A stretch of DNA of 64,000 nt, from positions 144,620 to 208,619 of the forward strand of contig JAQGDQ010000407.1 in the NCBI GenBank assembly GCA_030141605.1, written 5' to 3'. This DNA is from Tubiluchus corallicola (taxonomy: Eukaryota; Animalia; Priapulida). The position numbers and the translations under genes were made by a program. Under the pieces are notes generated by a model that had not been told where the DNA came from, did no database searches, and saw only the letters and a program-made list of their open reading frames with translations. Numbering within the stretch: position 1 is the first letter of the stretch; each line of letters starts with the position of its first letter. This document shows, in pieces, positions 38,422-52,243 of this stretch.

Positions 38422-38731
38422 TTGAACAATGCTAGGTTAGTAGATATATAGCTGCAAGTTGAACAATGCTAGGTTAGTAGATATATAGCTGCAAGTTGAA
38501 CCAATGCTAGGTTAGTAGATATATAGCTGCAAGTTGAACAATGCTAGGTTAGTAGATATATAGCTGCAAGTTGAACAATGCTAGGTTAGTAGATATATTA
38601 CTGCAAGTGGAAGAAATGCTAGGTTAGTAGATATATAGCTGCAAGTTGAACAATGCTAGGTTAGTAGATATATAGCTGCAAGTTGAAGAAATGGTAGGTT
38701 AGTAGATATATAGCTGCAAGTGGAAGAAATG
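38422..38731. repeat. 37-bp minisatellite, ~8 copies
   Basis: Unit ttgaacaatgctaggttagtagatatatagctgcaag. Confidence 0.95.
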
Positions 38732-41700
38732 CGCTCTAAATCACTTCAGCCTCGGAGGCCATATATGGTAGCTCACTGTGATAATTTGATGTGGCATTTT
38801 CCTCACAATAAGGGAAAAACGTCTTGCAAACTTTTCACCACAAGCGCCTTTGATGCAGGTTCGCCTTAAGAGCAGCAAAAGGCGCACCACTGATCCTCTG
38901 TAAGGAGCCACTCGCTTTTAAGGTTGATATTAAACCATTGTGAAAACGCGTTACGCCTGTATTTTACTCCCGAAGAAACTAAGCTGCTATCTTTTACTCT
39001 CTCTCTTGAATAGAACACATTGAATCGTCGATGAATCAGCTTAGTATATAATAAAGACCTATAGAGAAAGGGAAGCTTTTATGATAATTAATAAACTAGA
39101 TCACTGATTAAAGATACCGTGAAGATTGGATGCGCGCAAACAAATCAATCTATCCAACGTGGGTTATTTAACAGCTCTTAATTGTTTTGCCAAAGTGAAA
39201 GTATATCGCATCTTAATACAATTATCGTTGAAGCTGTTACAACCTATTATTGTTGTAATCATCATAGTCCCACCACCACTGTCATCGTCGGGGTTACTGC
39301 TGTCGCCGTCATAACTGATAAGTGATGTTGCAACAGTAAAAGAGAGAAACATTTGTGGCTTCTCCGAGGTCATGTAACGCGTCGGCTTAACTTATCTGAC
39401 TGTAGCAAAGTGTTACAATGTATTTGTTTCTTACTGAAAAGAAAGAATTTTTATCAAAATGATTCAATGTGTTTCGAAATGACAACATTTCATTATCAGT
39501 AGATATGCTATCAACTGATCAGAAAATGTATTTTGAAACGTCTTGAAACAATTTAATATCATTTAATCTGTATTCGCTTCTAAGGTTTACGTGGAAGTAA
39601 AAATCTAACGGAGAAAACTTGTTTCTCAACCAGAACATGAATCTTAGCCATTAGCCGTCAAAGTTAGAAATGATTGCGCATGTCCCAGGTCATCCTAAGT
39701 CTTTAAAACCCATCGTCCTAAAAAACATCATGAGTCAGCCATATGTAGGGTTTACAGTGAGCCTTGCTTAGGCATGGGTGCCTGTCTACGCACCCAAAAC
39801 ACAAGCTAAACTGAACACCCACTTGAATATAGACGATTAGAATCTGTTTTATTCTATGCATTCAAAATGTTAATGTGAAAACTTATAATAGATGTTGGTG
39901 AGTTTTTGTGTTTGATGAAGCCCATCGTACTCTACAAACAGTTTAGAAAATGTGAACATTGTAGAGTTAATGCCCGTCAACATTTTTTCTAGCCGCACCA
40001 TTGATGCAAGGAATTTCTTCCAGTACCCTGGACTCCTTCGAATTTAATGCAACGATAGCTTTGCTTGTTTTGCAATGTCCGTATTTTTGGTATGATTGTA
40101 AATAAATAAATAAACGGATCATTGATAGCTCATTCAGTTAAATGACACTCTTCTTGTATGGAAGAGAACTTACTGGTTCAAGTCTTAAATGAGAAACGAG
40201 TGTTGACGTCATTCATTTGACGCCAAACATAAAGTAATTATACCTGCTCCGAGTGGAATAAATAACTCCCCTACTTTGATTAGTGAATTAATAATTCACA
40301 TTTCGTTAGCATGTTGCAAAGTAGATAAAAACTCCTGCAGATTATATAGTTCTGCCTTAACGCACATGACAGAATTACTACTTCGTGTATTGCAAACATC
40401 AGTCAGTTAAAGAACATGTTGGCATTACTGCATTATGCATCATTACTGCATGTGCATCCAAGAGACAGCTTAGTGATAATTAAGAGAAAACAGAAGCACA
40501 ATGATGTAGTTATTACTGGACCGGCATGTGCAAAAGTTATTATCAATACGCGTTATCACATGGGCTTAGCGTCACGCACGGAGTCCATGGACAATTTTGT
40601 CATGTAGATGACAATATTATACTTTGAGAAAAGAAAAATGAAGCAAAACTGACACCTTCAAAACAGGAACGTATGTCAGAGAATATTTATAACCTACGTA
40701 GGGTAGTTGCGTAACACTGCAACCTCGGTCGCACCCTCATTGACGACCAAGCGGCGAGTCAGGCCAATGTACGTGCTGCCCTACAGTATTACATGATTGC
40801 CACACCGAATATAGAGAAAAACAATGGATACTATCAGGCAAAGTGATAATGTAAATATGTTAGATTATAAATATATAAACTTTTCCAAATGAGCCAATAA
40901 AGAGTTGTCAAAAAGCAAAGTTGCAATTTTCGTCTGTGCATTTAAAGAATTTCTATTGAAAAAATAGAAATAAATGAAGTCTCAGTTCTTAAATCTTATT
41001 CGAATTTCTCTCTGTCAGAAAATATATAGGTAATTGAGCACTTTAGCAGTTAAAGACGCAATTACCTCATTGCTTCCCATGACGTCCTTACATCCGTGAC
41101 TATTTACATGTTCGTTTAATTGGGTCCCACTGTTTAATGTGTTCGATGTACTAAGTTTAGTTACGAAGGTGAATTGAATTTGAATTTGAATTTTAAATTT
41201 AAAATTTGAATTTGTGTTTAAAATTTGTAATATTTAAGTCTGCAAAAGAAACCAAAATATTTCCTTTAAATAAGCAGCAAACGTTCAGTAGATGAGATCG
41301 ACCTTGAAGATCGGGAAGAAAAAGAGATTTAAGAAATTATTATAAGCCTAAGTCAGCATTATTATTAACGAATAATGAATATTGCATGTATTAATGAATG
41401 ATGGCCCTGTTTCAAATCTTGACTGTATTCAACTTTTTCACATTTCCTCGCTTTCAAATTTGGTATCAAAATCAAATTTTGGGTTTGTAAATCAATATTT
41501 AGGAAAAATATCACAACGTACATTGAGTAAAGACAAGTTATCAATATTTCTTAAAGAGTAGCTAGATACATTCCTGTTCAAGACAGACATTAAATCCTTC
41601 AATGTGGTAATATTGAAATTTATGAACATTAGCTAAATCAGTACGATAGTGCACTGTAAGCTTAAAAGCATCAAAAATTCTTTCCAGTTTGCAATTTTTG

Positions 41701-42199
41701 CGTCTTTTTATTCGAATTGCCAGAGAAGTATTAGAAATTCGAAAAAGTTGATGAATTTTGCATCAGCAAACCATAGTGGTATCATCATGCCAGTCTGATA
41801 CAGTTTCATTACAGAGCTTGCTAGTTTGAAATTCGTACTGAAATTTAGATATAGTTTTAATTTCACCGAGAAAACAATTCTTCGTAATTATTAACCATAT
41901 TCGTCTCAAGAAGCAGAAAAAACTTATATATCTGATAATAAAACAGTTAAACTGGAAAGGCCAGGGCAAAATTGGTTTCACAGTGTGTCAGAACCTTGCT
42001 CTTTTCTCGTTCGATTGCTCCATCTACATGTACTTTGCAGATTAACTCATCAGGGACGTGAGCCATTATTAAATATTAACAGGTCTGTGTCATTTTAGCA
42101 TCACTATTAACGGAATACTCCAACTTGAAATTAGCGAATAATTATTAGCGCTAGCAGTCGCAGTTTTCAGCCGCACCTACGTTCTTACAAGAAAAAGCT

Positions 42200-43490
42200 T
42201 ATTGTTCGATTTGTATTGTTGTGTTGTTGTTTGTGTTGTTCGATCGTATTGTTGTGTTGTTGTTTGTGTTGGTCGATCGTATTGTTGTGTTGTTGTTTGT
42301 GTTTTTCGATCGTATTGTTGTGTTGTTGTTTGTGTTTTTCGATCGTATTGTTGTGTTGTTGTTTGTGTTGTTCGATCGTATTGTTGTGTTTTTCGATAGT
42401 ATTGTTGTGTTGTTGTTTGTGTTTTTCGATCGTATTGTTGTGTTGTTGTTTGTGTTTTTCGATCGTATTGTTGTGTTGTTGTTTGTGTTGTTCGATCGTA
42501 TTGTTGTGTTGGTCGATCGTATCGTTGTGTTGTTGTTTGTGTTTTTCGATCATATTGTTGTGTTGTTGATTGTGTTTTTCGATAGTATTGTTGTGTTGTT
42601 GTTTGTGTTTTTCGATCGTATTGTTGTGTTGTTGTTTGTGTTTTTCGATCGTATTGTTGTGTTGTTGTTTGTGTTTTTCGATCGTATTGTTGTGTTGTTG
42701 TTTGTGTTTTTCGATCGTATTGTTGTGTTGTTGTTTGTGTTGTTCGATCGTATTGTTGTGTTGTTGTTTGTGTTGTTCGATCGTATTGTTGTGTTGTTGT
42801 TTGTGTTTTTCGATCGTATTGTTGTGTTGTTGTTTGTGTTTTTCGATCGTATTTTTGTGTTGTTGTTTGTGTTTTTCGATCGTATTGTTGTGTTGTTGTT
42901 TGTGTTGTTCGATCGTATTGTTGTGTTGTTGTTTGTGTTGGTCGATCGTATCGTTGTGTTGTTGTTTGTGTTGGTCGATCGTATTGTTCTGTTGTTGTTT
43001 ATGTTGTTCGATCGTATTGTTGTGTTGTTGTTTGTGTTTTTCGATAGTATTGTTGTGTTGTTGTTTGTGTTTTTCGATCGTATTGTTGTGTTGTTGTTTG
43101 TGTTTTTCGATCGTATTGTTGTGTTGTTGTTTGTGTTGTTCGATCGTATTGTTGTGTTGTTGTTTGTGTTGTTCGATCGTATTGTTGTGTTGTTGTTTGT
43201 GTTTTTCGATCGTATTGTTGTGTTGTTGTTTGTGTTGTTCGATCGTATTGTTGTGTTGTTGTTTGTTTTTCGATCGTATTTTTGTGTTGTTGTTTGTGTT
43301 TTTCGATCGTATTGTTGTGTTGTTGTTTGTGTTGTTCAATCGTATTGTTGTGTTGTTGTTTGTGTTGGTCGATCGTATCGTTGTGTTGTTCGATCGTATT
43401 GTTGTGTTGTTGTTCGATCGTATTGTTCTGTTGTTGTTTATGTTGTTCGATCGTATTGTTGTGTTGTTGTTTGTGTTGTTCGATCGGTGT
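42200..43490. repeat. 33-bp minisatellite, ~40 units (some shortened)
   Basis: Unit ttcgatcgtattgttgtgttgttgtttgtgtt(t/g) with a CGATCG core; extreme G/T versus A/C strand asymmetry. Confidence 0.97.
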
Positions 43491-46231
43491 TCGATTTGTC
43501 ACTTATTAGGTGATAACAAGCGTTTACCATCTTTCCCAAAACCGAGTATCTTTAGCTGGCGCTCTGACGTAAATACGCAATGAAGAGTGAGGTCTGGAAT
43601 TCTCCCAGGAACGATGGTTATTGCATAAATTCGAGGTGCGAGTGCAAGATATGGTCTACCACCCATTAACTATGCATGCAACGTGCACTGGGCTTTTACA
43701 CTAATATTATTGCTTCTTCCTGGTCACGGCACGCCTTCACCATTTACGCATGTATTTTTAATGCATCTCACTCCTAGTTGTCGTGTTTCATCAAACACTG
43801 ACTCGAGTTAGAAAAATTGTGGGACAGCAAAACACATAATGCAGATGCATTTTAACCCATGACTGAAATTTTCGTTTATTTCCTTGTTGATTCACAATGA
43901 TAAAATTTTGTGTCGCAGCCATGTTGCCATACTAAGTTTAATGAGAAGCCACTTCATGTTAAACTACAATAACTTAATTATAAGTGACTGAAGCTTAAAG
44001 CATGATGCGGTTTAATAATTAGGACTGCGCTTTAGCTAAGGGATCAAACTAAATTTTGCTGGGAGAAGTAAAATGATACTGTCTTTGATAATACAGAATG
44101 GAAAAACATTTTTGCTGTGGCAAAAACAGAATTCACCAGCGTCTGGTCTTACATGATCATTTGTTTGCTCGTTCGTTCGTCAATTTGGTCGGTCGGTCGG
44201 TCATTCTTTCCTTTGTGTGTTCGTTTGTTGTTGTGAAGCACTCAGAGGTGAAACATCATACATCAACCATGTACAATCAATCATCGATACACAAACTTTC
44301 ATTTAGCAATTTTTAAGTGTGTTCAGACTACTACTTTAGCCACTATGGTGTAATAATGATTTCAACTACATTAGCCACTACTTGCACGACACTTTTGCTG
44401 TTATTATTAGACGTGCGTAATAAAAGTAGAAACTGCAATAATACCTAATTTAATATAGTGCAGGAACTATGTTATGGGAATTTGGTGATATTTACAAACA
44501 TACAGAGTAAGTGACAGTAGAGCTGCAATATAAACTCTGACTGGCAACGTAAACATTTTGAAATCATTTAATCTCGTTTATTGACTTGTGGTTGGCTCTC
44601 GGACTTACAAATATACAAGGTTGATCAAAACTCATTCTTGGGCAAGGAAAATATTATAAGATATGAACATGGTATGAACATGACATTGTTTAAAAGAAGT
44701 CCTTAAAAAGGTTTTCGATATTTCGAATGGTTCATCGCGCCATTTAGAAATAGCAAAAAGTCGAAAATGTTTTAGGACGTTTATAATAGTATACTGAACG
44801 CGGACATGATTCATATTCCATTTTAAGGGTTTGGAGGTATTATATCATAAGGTAGTAAAAGTTTTGTTAGGAGTTTACACCTAATGAACTGGTTCTTAAT
44901 GAGACTGGAATGTCCAGTTTGAACATGACGATTTTACAAAAACGCAAACAGTTTTTGTAATATGTACAATGTACATGTGATGCGATTTTGCAGTGTTTTT
45001 ATTTTTATTTTTACAATAACTACACTTAGAAAGCTAGGCTCATGCACAAATCAATATAAAGCGAATCAGCTTATAATTGGCAAGACGATTACGAACAACA
45101 ATCTTTAAATAATCAGATTAATTATATACTAATTTTTATATTATATGGAAATTGCATTCCACAATATTTTTGAACGACAATAGTTTCACTAACAGCAAAC
45201 TCGCAATGAATTTGCGAATGTTTATTAACCTGTCTCAAGTTCTGCCATAAAGAAGTCGGTACTGATTTGTTTAGGAACAGAAATGCAGAAATATGAAAAC
45301 TTTACAGTTAAAGCGTGGAAACTAAGACACATTATAAGGGTAAATGTGTATCAAGGGCAATAGTAAACTAGTACTTTTTCAGTGTCACAGGCTTTCAAAA
45401 AGCAGGATTTATGACATATGCATAAGAGAAGTTATATGCTGACAGAAGGTTATGAAATGTCATTTAGCTTAAAGAAAAAAGGTGCTCTTCCATGTGTTAC
45501 AAGTGCATACCAGTTTGAAAAAGATCATTTTACAAAAACGCAAACAGTTTTCTGATAAAAACTTACACTCCCTTGGGTTCGAGGAGCATCTTGCTTTTGC
45601 TTTCAATTCGGTAAACGCGCTGTGTTCTAGGTAAAAAACCATTTTACAGCTTTTAACACGTATCAAAAAGCGACCAAGAATTTTTGAACAATTGTATTAA
45701 AGGAAAAGCACAAACAAAATGCGATAAACTCTACTTACGTTAAGCAGAATGCTGGCGTTGGTTCACTGACCAATTTATTTTGCAAATTTGCCAGATTCGT
45801 TAAAAATTAAATCCAGTCGTTTGATGCTCTTGTCTCATCGCGTAAAACTTGAGACAGGAAGGTGGCTCAGCCCTGTATTTGTAAGTACCTAGAATCTTAA
45901 GAATGTGAAACTTAAGTGCAGAAGATGAGGAGTACGTACTTTTGACGTGCAAGGAAACGAAATGTATAACAAACAAATGTAACGTGACTTTAAATACTTG
46001 GAATGACTTTTCAAATCTTGAAAGTGAAGTGTTAACTAAATTTGCTAATGGCTTTTCAGCTGAATTTTTCGGCATTAGTACTAATTTTTAAGGTTCATAT
46101 CTGTATCTCTGGACTTAGCGAGAATATCTGTTTTCGTAGACTATTGCTGAAATGATTACTGTTATAAGTTATAACATAATAAGATGGCGAATAATAACAT
46201 GGCGCTGGTCATATTTAATGAAACAATAAAC

Positions 46232-46468
46232 TATTACCATTACCACTACCACTACCACTACCAGCACCACTACCACTACCACTACCACTACTACTACTAC
46301 GAACACCACCACCACTGCCACTACCATTACCACAACCACAACCACTACCACCACTACCACCACTACCACCACTACCACCACTACCGCCACTACCACCACT
46401 ACCACCACTACTACCACCACTACCACCACCAACACCACCACCACCACCACCACCACCACTACCACTAC
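46232..46468. repeat. (CAC/TAC)n trinucleotide microsatellite
   Basis: Direct inspection; explains the poly-Val, poly-His and poly-Gly/Ser ORFs. Confidence 0.95.
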
Positions 46469-48769
46469 CTGAAACTTCATTCAGTTTCACTATATCTGTT
46501 TTTAAAGTAATTTTGTATAGTAAAACAAGTGGCAATTGATAAAATCTGCATGCCGAAGCGGTATTTTGATGTTTCATACGTTAATGATAATTACTATACT
46601 TCCTAATCAAATCTGGAGGGCATCAGCTGACAAAATCTAAGCTACAGGTTATTAAACTTTCCTGATCCGCCTGGTAATTCCATCTCCCTATTGCAAACGT
46701 AATCTTTTAGTCACAGCGTAGGAGTGTAATGAGCACTTGATTACCATTGTGGACTTTATGCTAGAGTTGGCCACTTTGAAAATGAATTACCTGAGGATAT
46801 AGCAAATAGCTGTTTTATGAACGAAGAATATGAATATAATACCTGAATGTATATTACCTGAGTATGAATTATATAGTATGAGTATAGTTAATGAGTTATA
46901 TATATATTACCTGAATATACCTTGTCACCCCCGTGACAAGAAATAAAAGACACAGCAGGGATGGCAAAGATAAATTCATAGAGATAAGTTATAAACCTAA
47001 ATCCATTAACACAAGATTAATTATCTCGCCAGCTTTCGAACCATCAGGGGGACGAAGAAGAAAGTTATTTGCCAAAAAAGGAAGACATCGGACGAAAGGC
47101 ATCTAATGTGCGTACACTCATCTCAGGTGGCTGCCAAGGTATTCTGATTCACTTTGATCTTTTACGTTTAGCATCTATTTTACACATTGTGACACTGCTA
47201 AACTGGTTGAATATCTGTCTAACTGTTTACCATATTTACTTGAACTCCTACAATAACATAGACTCGGTATAACACACACGAGTAAGTTAACTGTGTGTAC
47301 TACTGATGTTGCATATATATACTACCAATTATGTATTTCAAAATTATTTTAAACATATACCCGTAACTACTGTTGAACTAGCTTGACCTGCCATGATGAA
47401 ATTTGCTTTACATCTACAGCCTGGAGCGGTTAAGCTATAATGGTGCAATTATTATTGTGCAATTTTGGCACAGAGCTAGCTTAACGTCTTGTAAAAAAAC
47501 CTGGAGTTGGGTCCAGAGCGTTGGGCCTAGAATTGGACCATCACTCAGTTGCCTCTGGTGCTATTTGTTGAGACCCACGACTGGAAAAATATCAAATTGT
47601 AAGCCACTGAAAAATGGGAATATTAATTCCACAGTTCTAATCAAAAGAGAACATGAATTTTCTCTGATACATTTTCCTAAAATCAACTAATTGCTACTAA
47701 TAAAAGCTCATCATATACTGTGCTATTATATGTTTAACAATAAATTTAACTTACATCGGCTCATTTTAAATTTCACAAATGACGACAAACGTCATCAAGC
47801 ATATTGTGTTAATGACATCGTTCAGAAGTTAACAGCTGAAATGCTATTCATTGGCAAGCTACCGAAGGTTGGCAATTTCCTCAAATTTGCTGCTAAAACA
47901 AAGCTGCTTAATTACTCACTACTGAAAGCATCATTATTTACAGAGAGAATAATAATTTTCTATTTACTATTTTCATACCTTCAATTAAAAATGGTGTAAT
48001 TTCCTGCGCTCAAAGAGCCGCAAAATATAAATAACGCAAAAGGTAGCAACTTGACTGACGGAGGTTTTCTACCTTGCAGTTATGGACGATGGGCAATCGG
48101 AGATCCAGGGAGGCAGACACGCAAGCAGGAAAACAACGAAATACTAATCAACCAGACATTTATAAGAGTAGTAATTTTAATAAGTGTACCACTGCTGTGA
48201 AAACTTGAGTTTTTACCTAAGCTTACAGTCGCCCTGCACGTATAGTTACAGGTCTAAAATCAGTCCAAATTCGACGAACTGCTGGCTCAAGTTCAAATTT
48301 TAAATTTTTTTAAAACAGTGGACTTACACAAGTTACAATTTTTCCTACTGTGTTAACGTTTGAGAATTGACCTAGACATAAGTAATTTTGCATGAGAACA
48401 TTTTTCTGCCGGATTTTGTTAGATTTTCATCTCTTCATTTTCATTTACTTACTTTTTCTCTTAAATTTTTCTATATTACACTTTTTTTGATACTTATTTT
48501 ATCTCTCCATACTCTCAGTTTTTTAAATTTACTCACTAACCTTGGTCAAATTCCCCTGTCAATAAGACCCCTATTTGAAAATATATATAATAATCATAAT
48601 TACTGATTAATTGTATTGTTTTGTTTAGATTTAGGTATCATCTAACTTTATTATTTTTTGTTTTCACTTGTACTGTTTTCATTTATACTGTTTTTTTATT
48701 ATTATTTTTTCTTATTTGTTTTTGTTATCTGCAGCCTCACCATTTATTTTTAATATACTAATTTAATTA

Positions 48770-48825
48770 TAAGACAGGGCAGGAGACTAGATGACCCTAT
48801 GGTCCTTCCCTGTCCTGCTCCACGA
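48770..48825 (+). mobile_element. CR1/L2-like 3' terminal stem-loop remnant
   Basis: gacagggcaggagactagatgaccctatggtccttccctgtc forms a hairpin and resembles the CR1 3' end motif (ACTAGATGACC...GGTCCCTTCC). Confidence 0.5.
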
Positions 48826-49917
48826 TTATAATTACGTAATATTTAAAAAACTCTTTATGTCTGTCTATGTCTTCTTGAACCGCGCAACGATAACTGCGCA
48901 CTGGCAACTGCGCAGATAGCTCCGTCAGCAGCAATGGTTAACTAGTTACAACAACGGTAAGTCTTATTATCGAAAAATACTGCATAAAGCGCATTATCGA
49001 CAAGCAATAACCTTTGAATCTTCATTATATAACATAACATTATAAAAGCACATTTGGCATGTTGTAAACTTAAGAACGCAAAACGGTTTATTAAAAAAGC
49101 ATGAGTTCCGTTGCTTCCCGAATCGCTCAATGTCGCAGAGCTAAGTAACCTAACGACGCCGGACACGAATATCGACTTTTCAAATATTTAGTTAGCTTGG
49201 AAATATTTCTCTATGCTTCTACCCACCTGGCCACATCCAGCTGTAAGGATATGTGGCGGCTTTCGTAAATTACTATAGTGTCCGAAATTACGTGTAGCAG
49301 CAGTAATGAATACATGTGGAAATTGTATAGCGGCTGAAAATGCTTATCCTTGTTTCCTTGTTTATGACCTTCACGTGTTACTATAGAGATATACAATTCA
49401 CGTATGTTTCTGTCTGGTTTCAAAGGGGCAATTTAGGCTGTTCATTTTTGTTCAAATTAAAGTTGCATTACTGTCGAATTTCAACTTGCAAGTTATTATT
49501 ACCGAGTGCACTGAAAGGAAAATGCTAACGGTCGTTGCACAATGTTGTGTAGGCAACCAAACAGATGAAGAGGAACAGCAAATGATGGTCTAGTCAGTCT
49601 AGTGTAATAAGCTACAGTGTAAGAAGTATACCTTTTGTTTTTCGAACTCGAATGTTAGACAGTTAAGCTGAATCACAACCATAATGCGAATTCATGAAAG
49701 ACGTTCACGTTTAATAACTGTTGTGTTTTGTTTCTCTCGGAAGGCTTGTAGAGAAAACCAGAAAACACTTCATCAAATTAAACTAGTTTATTAAGCGAGA
49801 ATTCTACAACTCAAAAGTATGAAGAAACGCAAGATGTTTACAGTAAGCGCGGAAAACGTTTGAGTGTATCTGAAAATACAAGTATACAAGAGAATGTGTA
49901 AGTGTGAGTCTGTGTGA

Positions 49918-50045
49918 ATCTGAGTGTGTGTCTCAGTGGCCTGCTTCGCCTTATATAGCGCGCCCGAGAAGCTTCTAGAAGTTTCTTTCCAGAACATTCT
50001 ACACGGTAAGACGATTATTCTAACGGAACATTCTACAATGTTCTA
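49918..50045 (-). promoter_or_regulatory. Heat-shock promoter: clustered HSEs + TATA box + Inr, firing on the minus strand
   Basis: GAAgcTTCtaGAAgtTTC 49968-49985 (4 perfect alternating units); TTCcaGAAcaTTC 49987-49999; GAAcaTTCtaCAAtgTTC ~50026-50043; TATATAAG(-) 49957-49950; TCAGATT(-) Inr-like at ~49923-49917. Confidence 0.8.
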
Positions 50046-50987
50046 TTTAATTCTAATAGATGCCAGCGATCTCCACAACAATAACAAATACGCTTTTAAT
50101 AATAAATAATAAATAAAAGTGACAGCCCGATGACGAAAAATTAAAAATTACTATGATGGCAGGCGTAATTACTCCCGCGATAATTATGCTCAACTAAATA
50201 TTATTTTTACCGGTAAGAAATTTTCCATCCTTTTCACTCTTAGGCAAAAGGCAAAACTAAGATAACATCGATTACGAAATCTTCGTTTTTTTACACGTGC
50301 TTCATCACGTCAGTTTAAATTCGCTTTCGATTTATTGCAGTCATGATCTGAATTGCTTTTAACTAATGGACAACATCACCAAACTAAGAGTGAAATGTAG
50401 TCGAGAGTTGTGATGGTTTCAAAGGCTTCATCTTGAGGCTGGTTGTTTAAAGTGGGTTTCTTTTGCACTGATTTCAAATGTACACAAACCAGGTGCAACA
50501 ATTTTAAATATTTATCAATTTAGAGATAATGCAGATGGCTGTAAGTTATTTTGAAACTGCAGTTTTTCTTTTTATAGCTTCAGGCTTAGCTTTACTCACG
50601 CCTTATGGGTTCATTTGTGTTCCGGTCTATTCGTAGAATGTACCCCAAAAAAGTATTAAAATGCAATAAAGGTGGCAGGTCTATTGCCTTTGACATTTAA
50701 ATTATTACGTCTACGTCTCTGAGGTCAAAACAACAAAGGTAAGTGTCGAATGGTACATAAACCGGTGTGTTTTCTACATTTGATAAACAAGCAAACAATT
50801 AAGTAGAAACTGTGCGTTATAATAATAACGGTGTATTATTATTATTATAATTATCAAACATATTAGTATTAATTCTCCTAGCATAATAACATCTGTACAT
50901 GTGAATTGATAATAATTATAATTCGTGTGACTTCACCATTCCCGGCAATTCCAACAACAGTGAAAGAATTTATTATGCTTATTACAA

Positions 50988-51163
50988 ACCATCATCAGCA
51001 TAATCATCGTCGTCATCGTCATCCTTATCGTTAACGTCGAAATCGTCATCATCATCATCGTCATCATCATCATCGTCGTCGTCGTCATCGTCATCGTCAT
51101 CATCGTTATCGTCGACATCGTCATCATCATCGTCATCATCATTTTCATCGCAGTCATCATCAT
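50988..51163. repeat. (CAT/CGT)n trinucleotide microsatellite
   Basis: Direct inspection. Confidence 0.92.
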
Positions 51164-51503
51164 TAAATAATCGTTATTGCCAATACCGTCTAGGTATAAT
51201 AGGTGTAATAAGTTTATTTATTACTACAATGAAGACGGTTTAATTACAACGCTACATATAATATAAAAAAATCTAAAAGAATAAGGTAGAACACGCAGTA
51301 ACAAACAATATTACACAATATCCCATTAGCTAAATAAAACGAGTTTAAACTTACGTTTGAAAATTAAATAAACCATAAAATTATGAGATAAAACTCTTCT
51401 TGAATCTCTCTGTTCTGCATTTAGATAAGGGATATTTCAGATGGTGGCGAACTATGTGGGCCTCCTAATATGTACACTGTACATGTACACAGGCCTACAG
51501 AGT

Positions 51504-52243
51504 CAGTGCCGGATTTACCATTATGCTTTGGTGTGCACACTGCCCCGTTGGCCAGGAGGGAATCTTCTTGCCGAAAAAAAAATACGGTGAACTTTTCAAA
51601 TGTCAAACGTCCCATGTTTTTCCTAAAATTTATAAAAATGAACTTGGTCTGTAGTGTTTAGGTGGAGTACCGAATTAATCGGTTTTCTGGAATTCATTGA
51701 TCCCCTTTTACGTACCCACATAAGCCAGTACGGAAACAAAGGATCTGGCCATCCATCATACCTATCCGAAACCATATGTGAAGAAGTCATCCAGCTAATG
51801 ACTAAAAGGATTCTTGAAAAAACAGTGATAGAAATCAAAGAAGCGAGGTATTTTAGTGTATCGGTCCATTCAACACCTGATGTTTCCTATGTTGATCATC
51901 TCACTGTAATTGTTAAATATATTTCTCCCCTTGATATTCCTCCTGTTGAACCATTTTTGACATTTGTTGAATTGAAGAATCACACAGGAGAAGGAATGGC
52001 TGAATTGATACGGAACATAAAGCTCACAAAAAACATTCCCTGAGCTCTGATAATTCAAAAATTTTCCTAAAACTTGTTTTAAAAAATAATGATTGATCAG
52101 GTAACGCGTAATATTTTAAATTTCCTGAGCACGTATGCCTAACTGCATGTGTATGCCTATCGGGCCTTCCACCTTTAGGGCCCAAATAAGGAACCTCATA
52201 ACTTAACTAGCGCCGGGCCTTATTTGTCCTAAATCCGGCACTG
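51504..52243 (+). mobile_element. Internally deleted hAT transposon retaining a transposase fragment (ZMYM1/DUF4371-like)
   Basis: TIR CAGTGCCGGATTTA / TAAATCCGGCACTG; flanks ctacagagt/caacagagt; ORF 51654-52043 has YLSETICEEVIQLM...IKEARYFSVSVHSTPDVS...HTGEGMA. Confidence 0.88.

Noticed and set aside
42185-43583. Long ORFs of 337-430 aa on both strands
   Set aside because: They arise from a stop-free 33-bp minisatellite; no splice context or synonymous-type variation supports coding
46169-46577. Poly-Val, His-rich and Gly/Ser-rich ORFs (also those at 17525-17774, 28071-28606 and 50933-51163)
   Set aside because: Translations of trinucleotide microsatellites
48080-48150. GC-richer segment after a + strand acceptor (ccttgcag) as an exon of a nested gene
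   Set aside because: No recognisable protein in any frame and no partner exons identified
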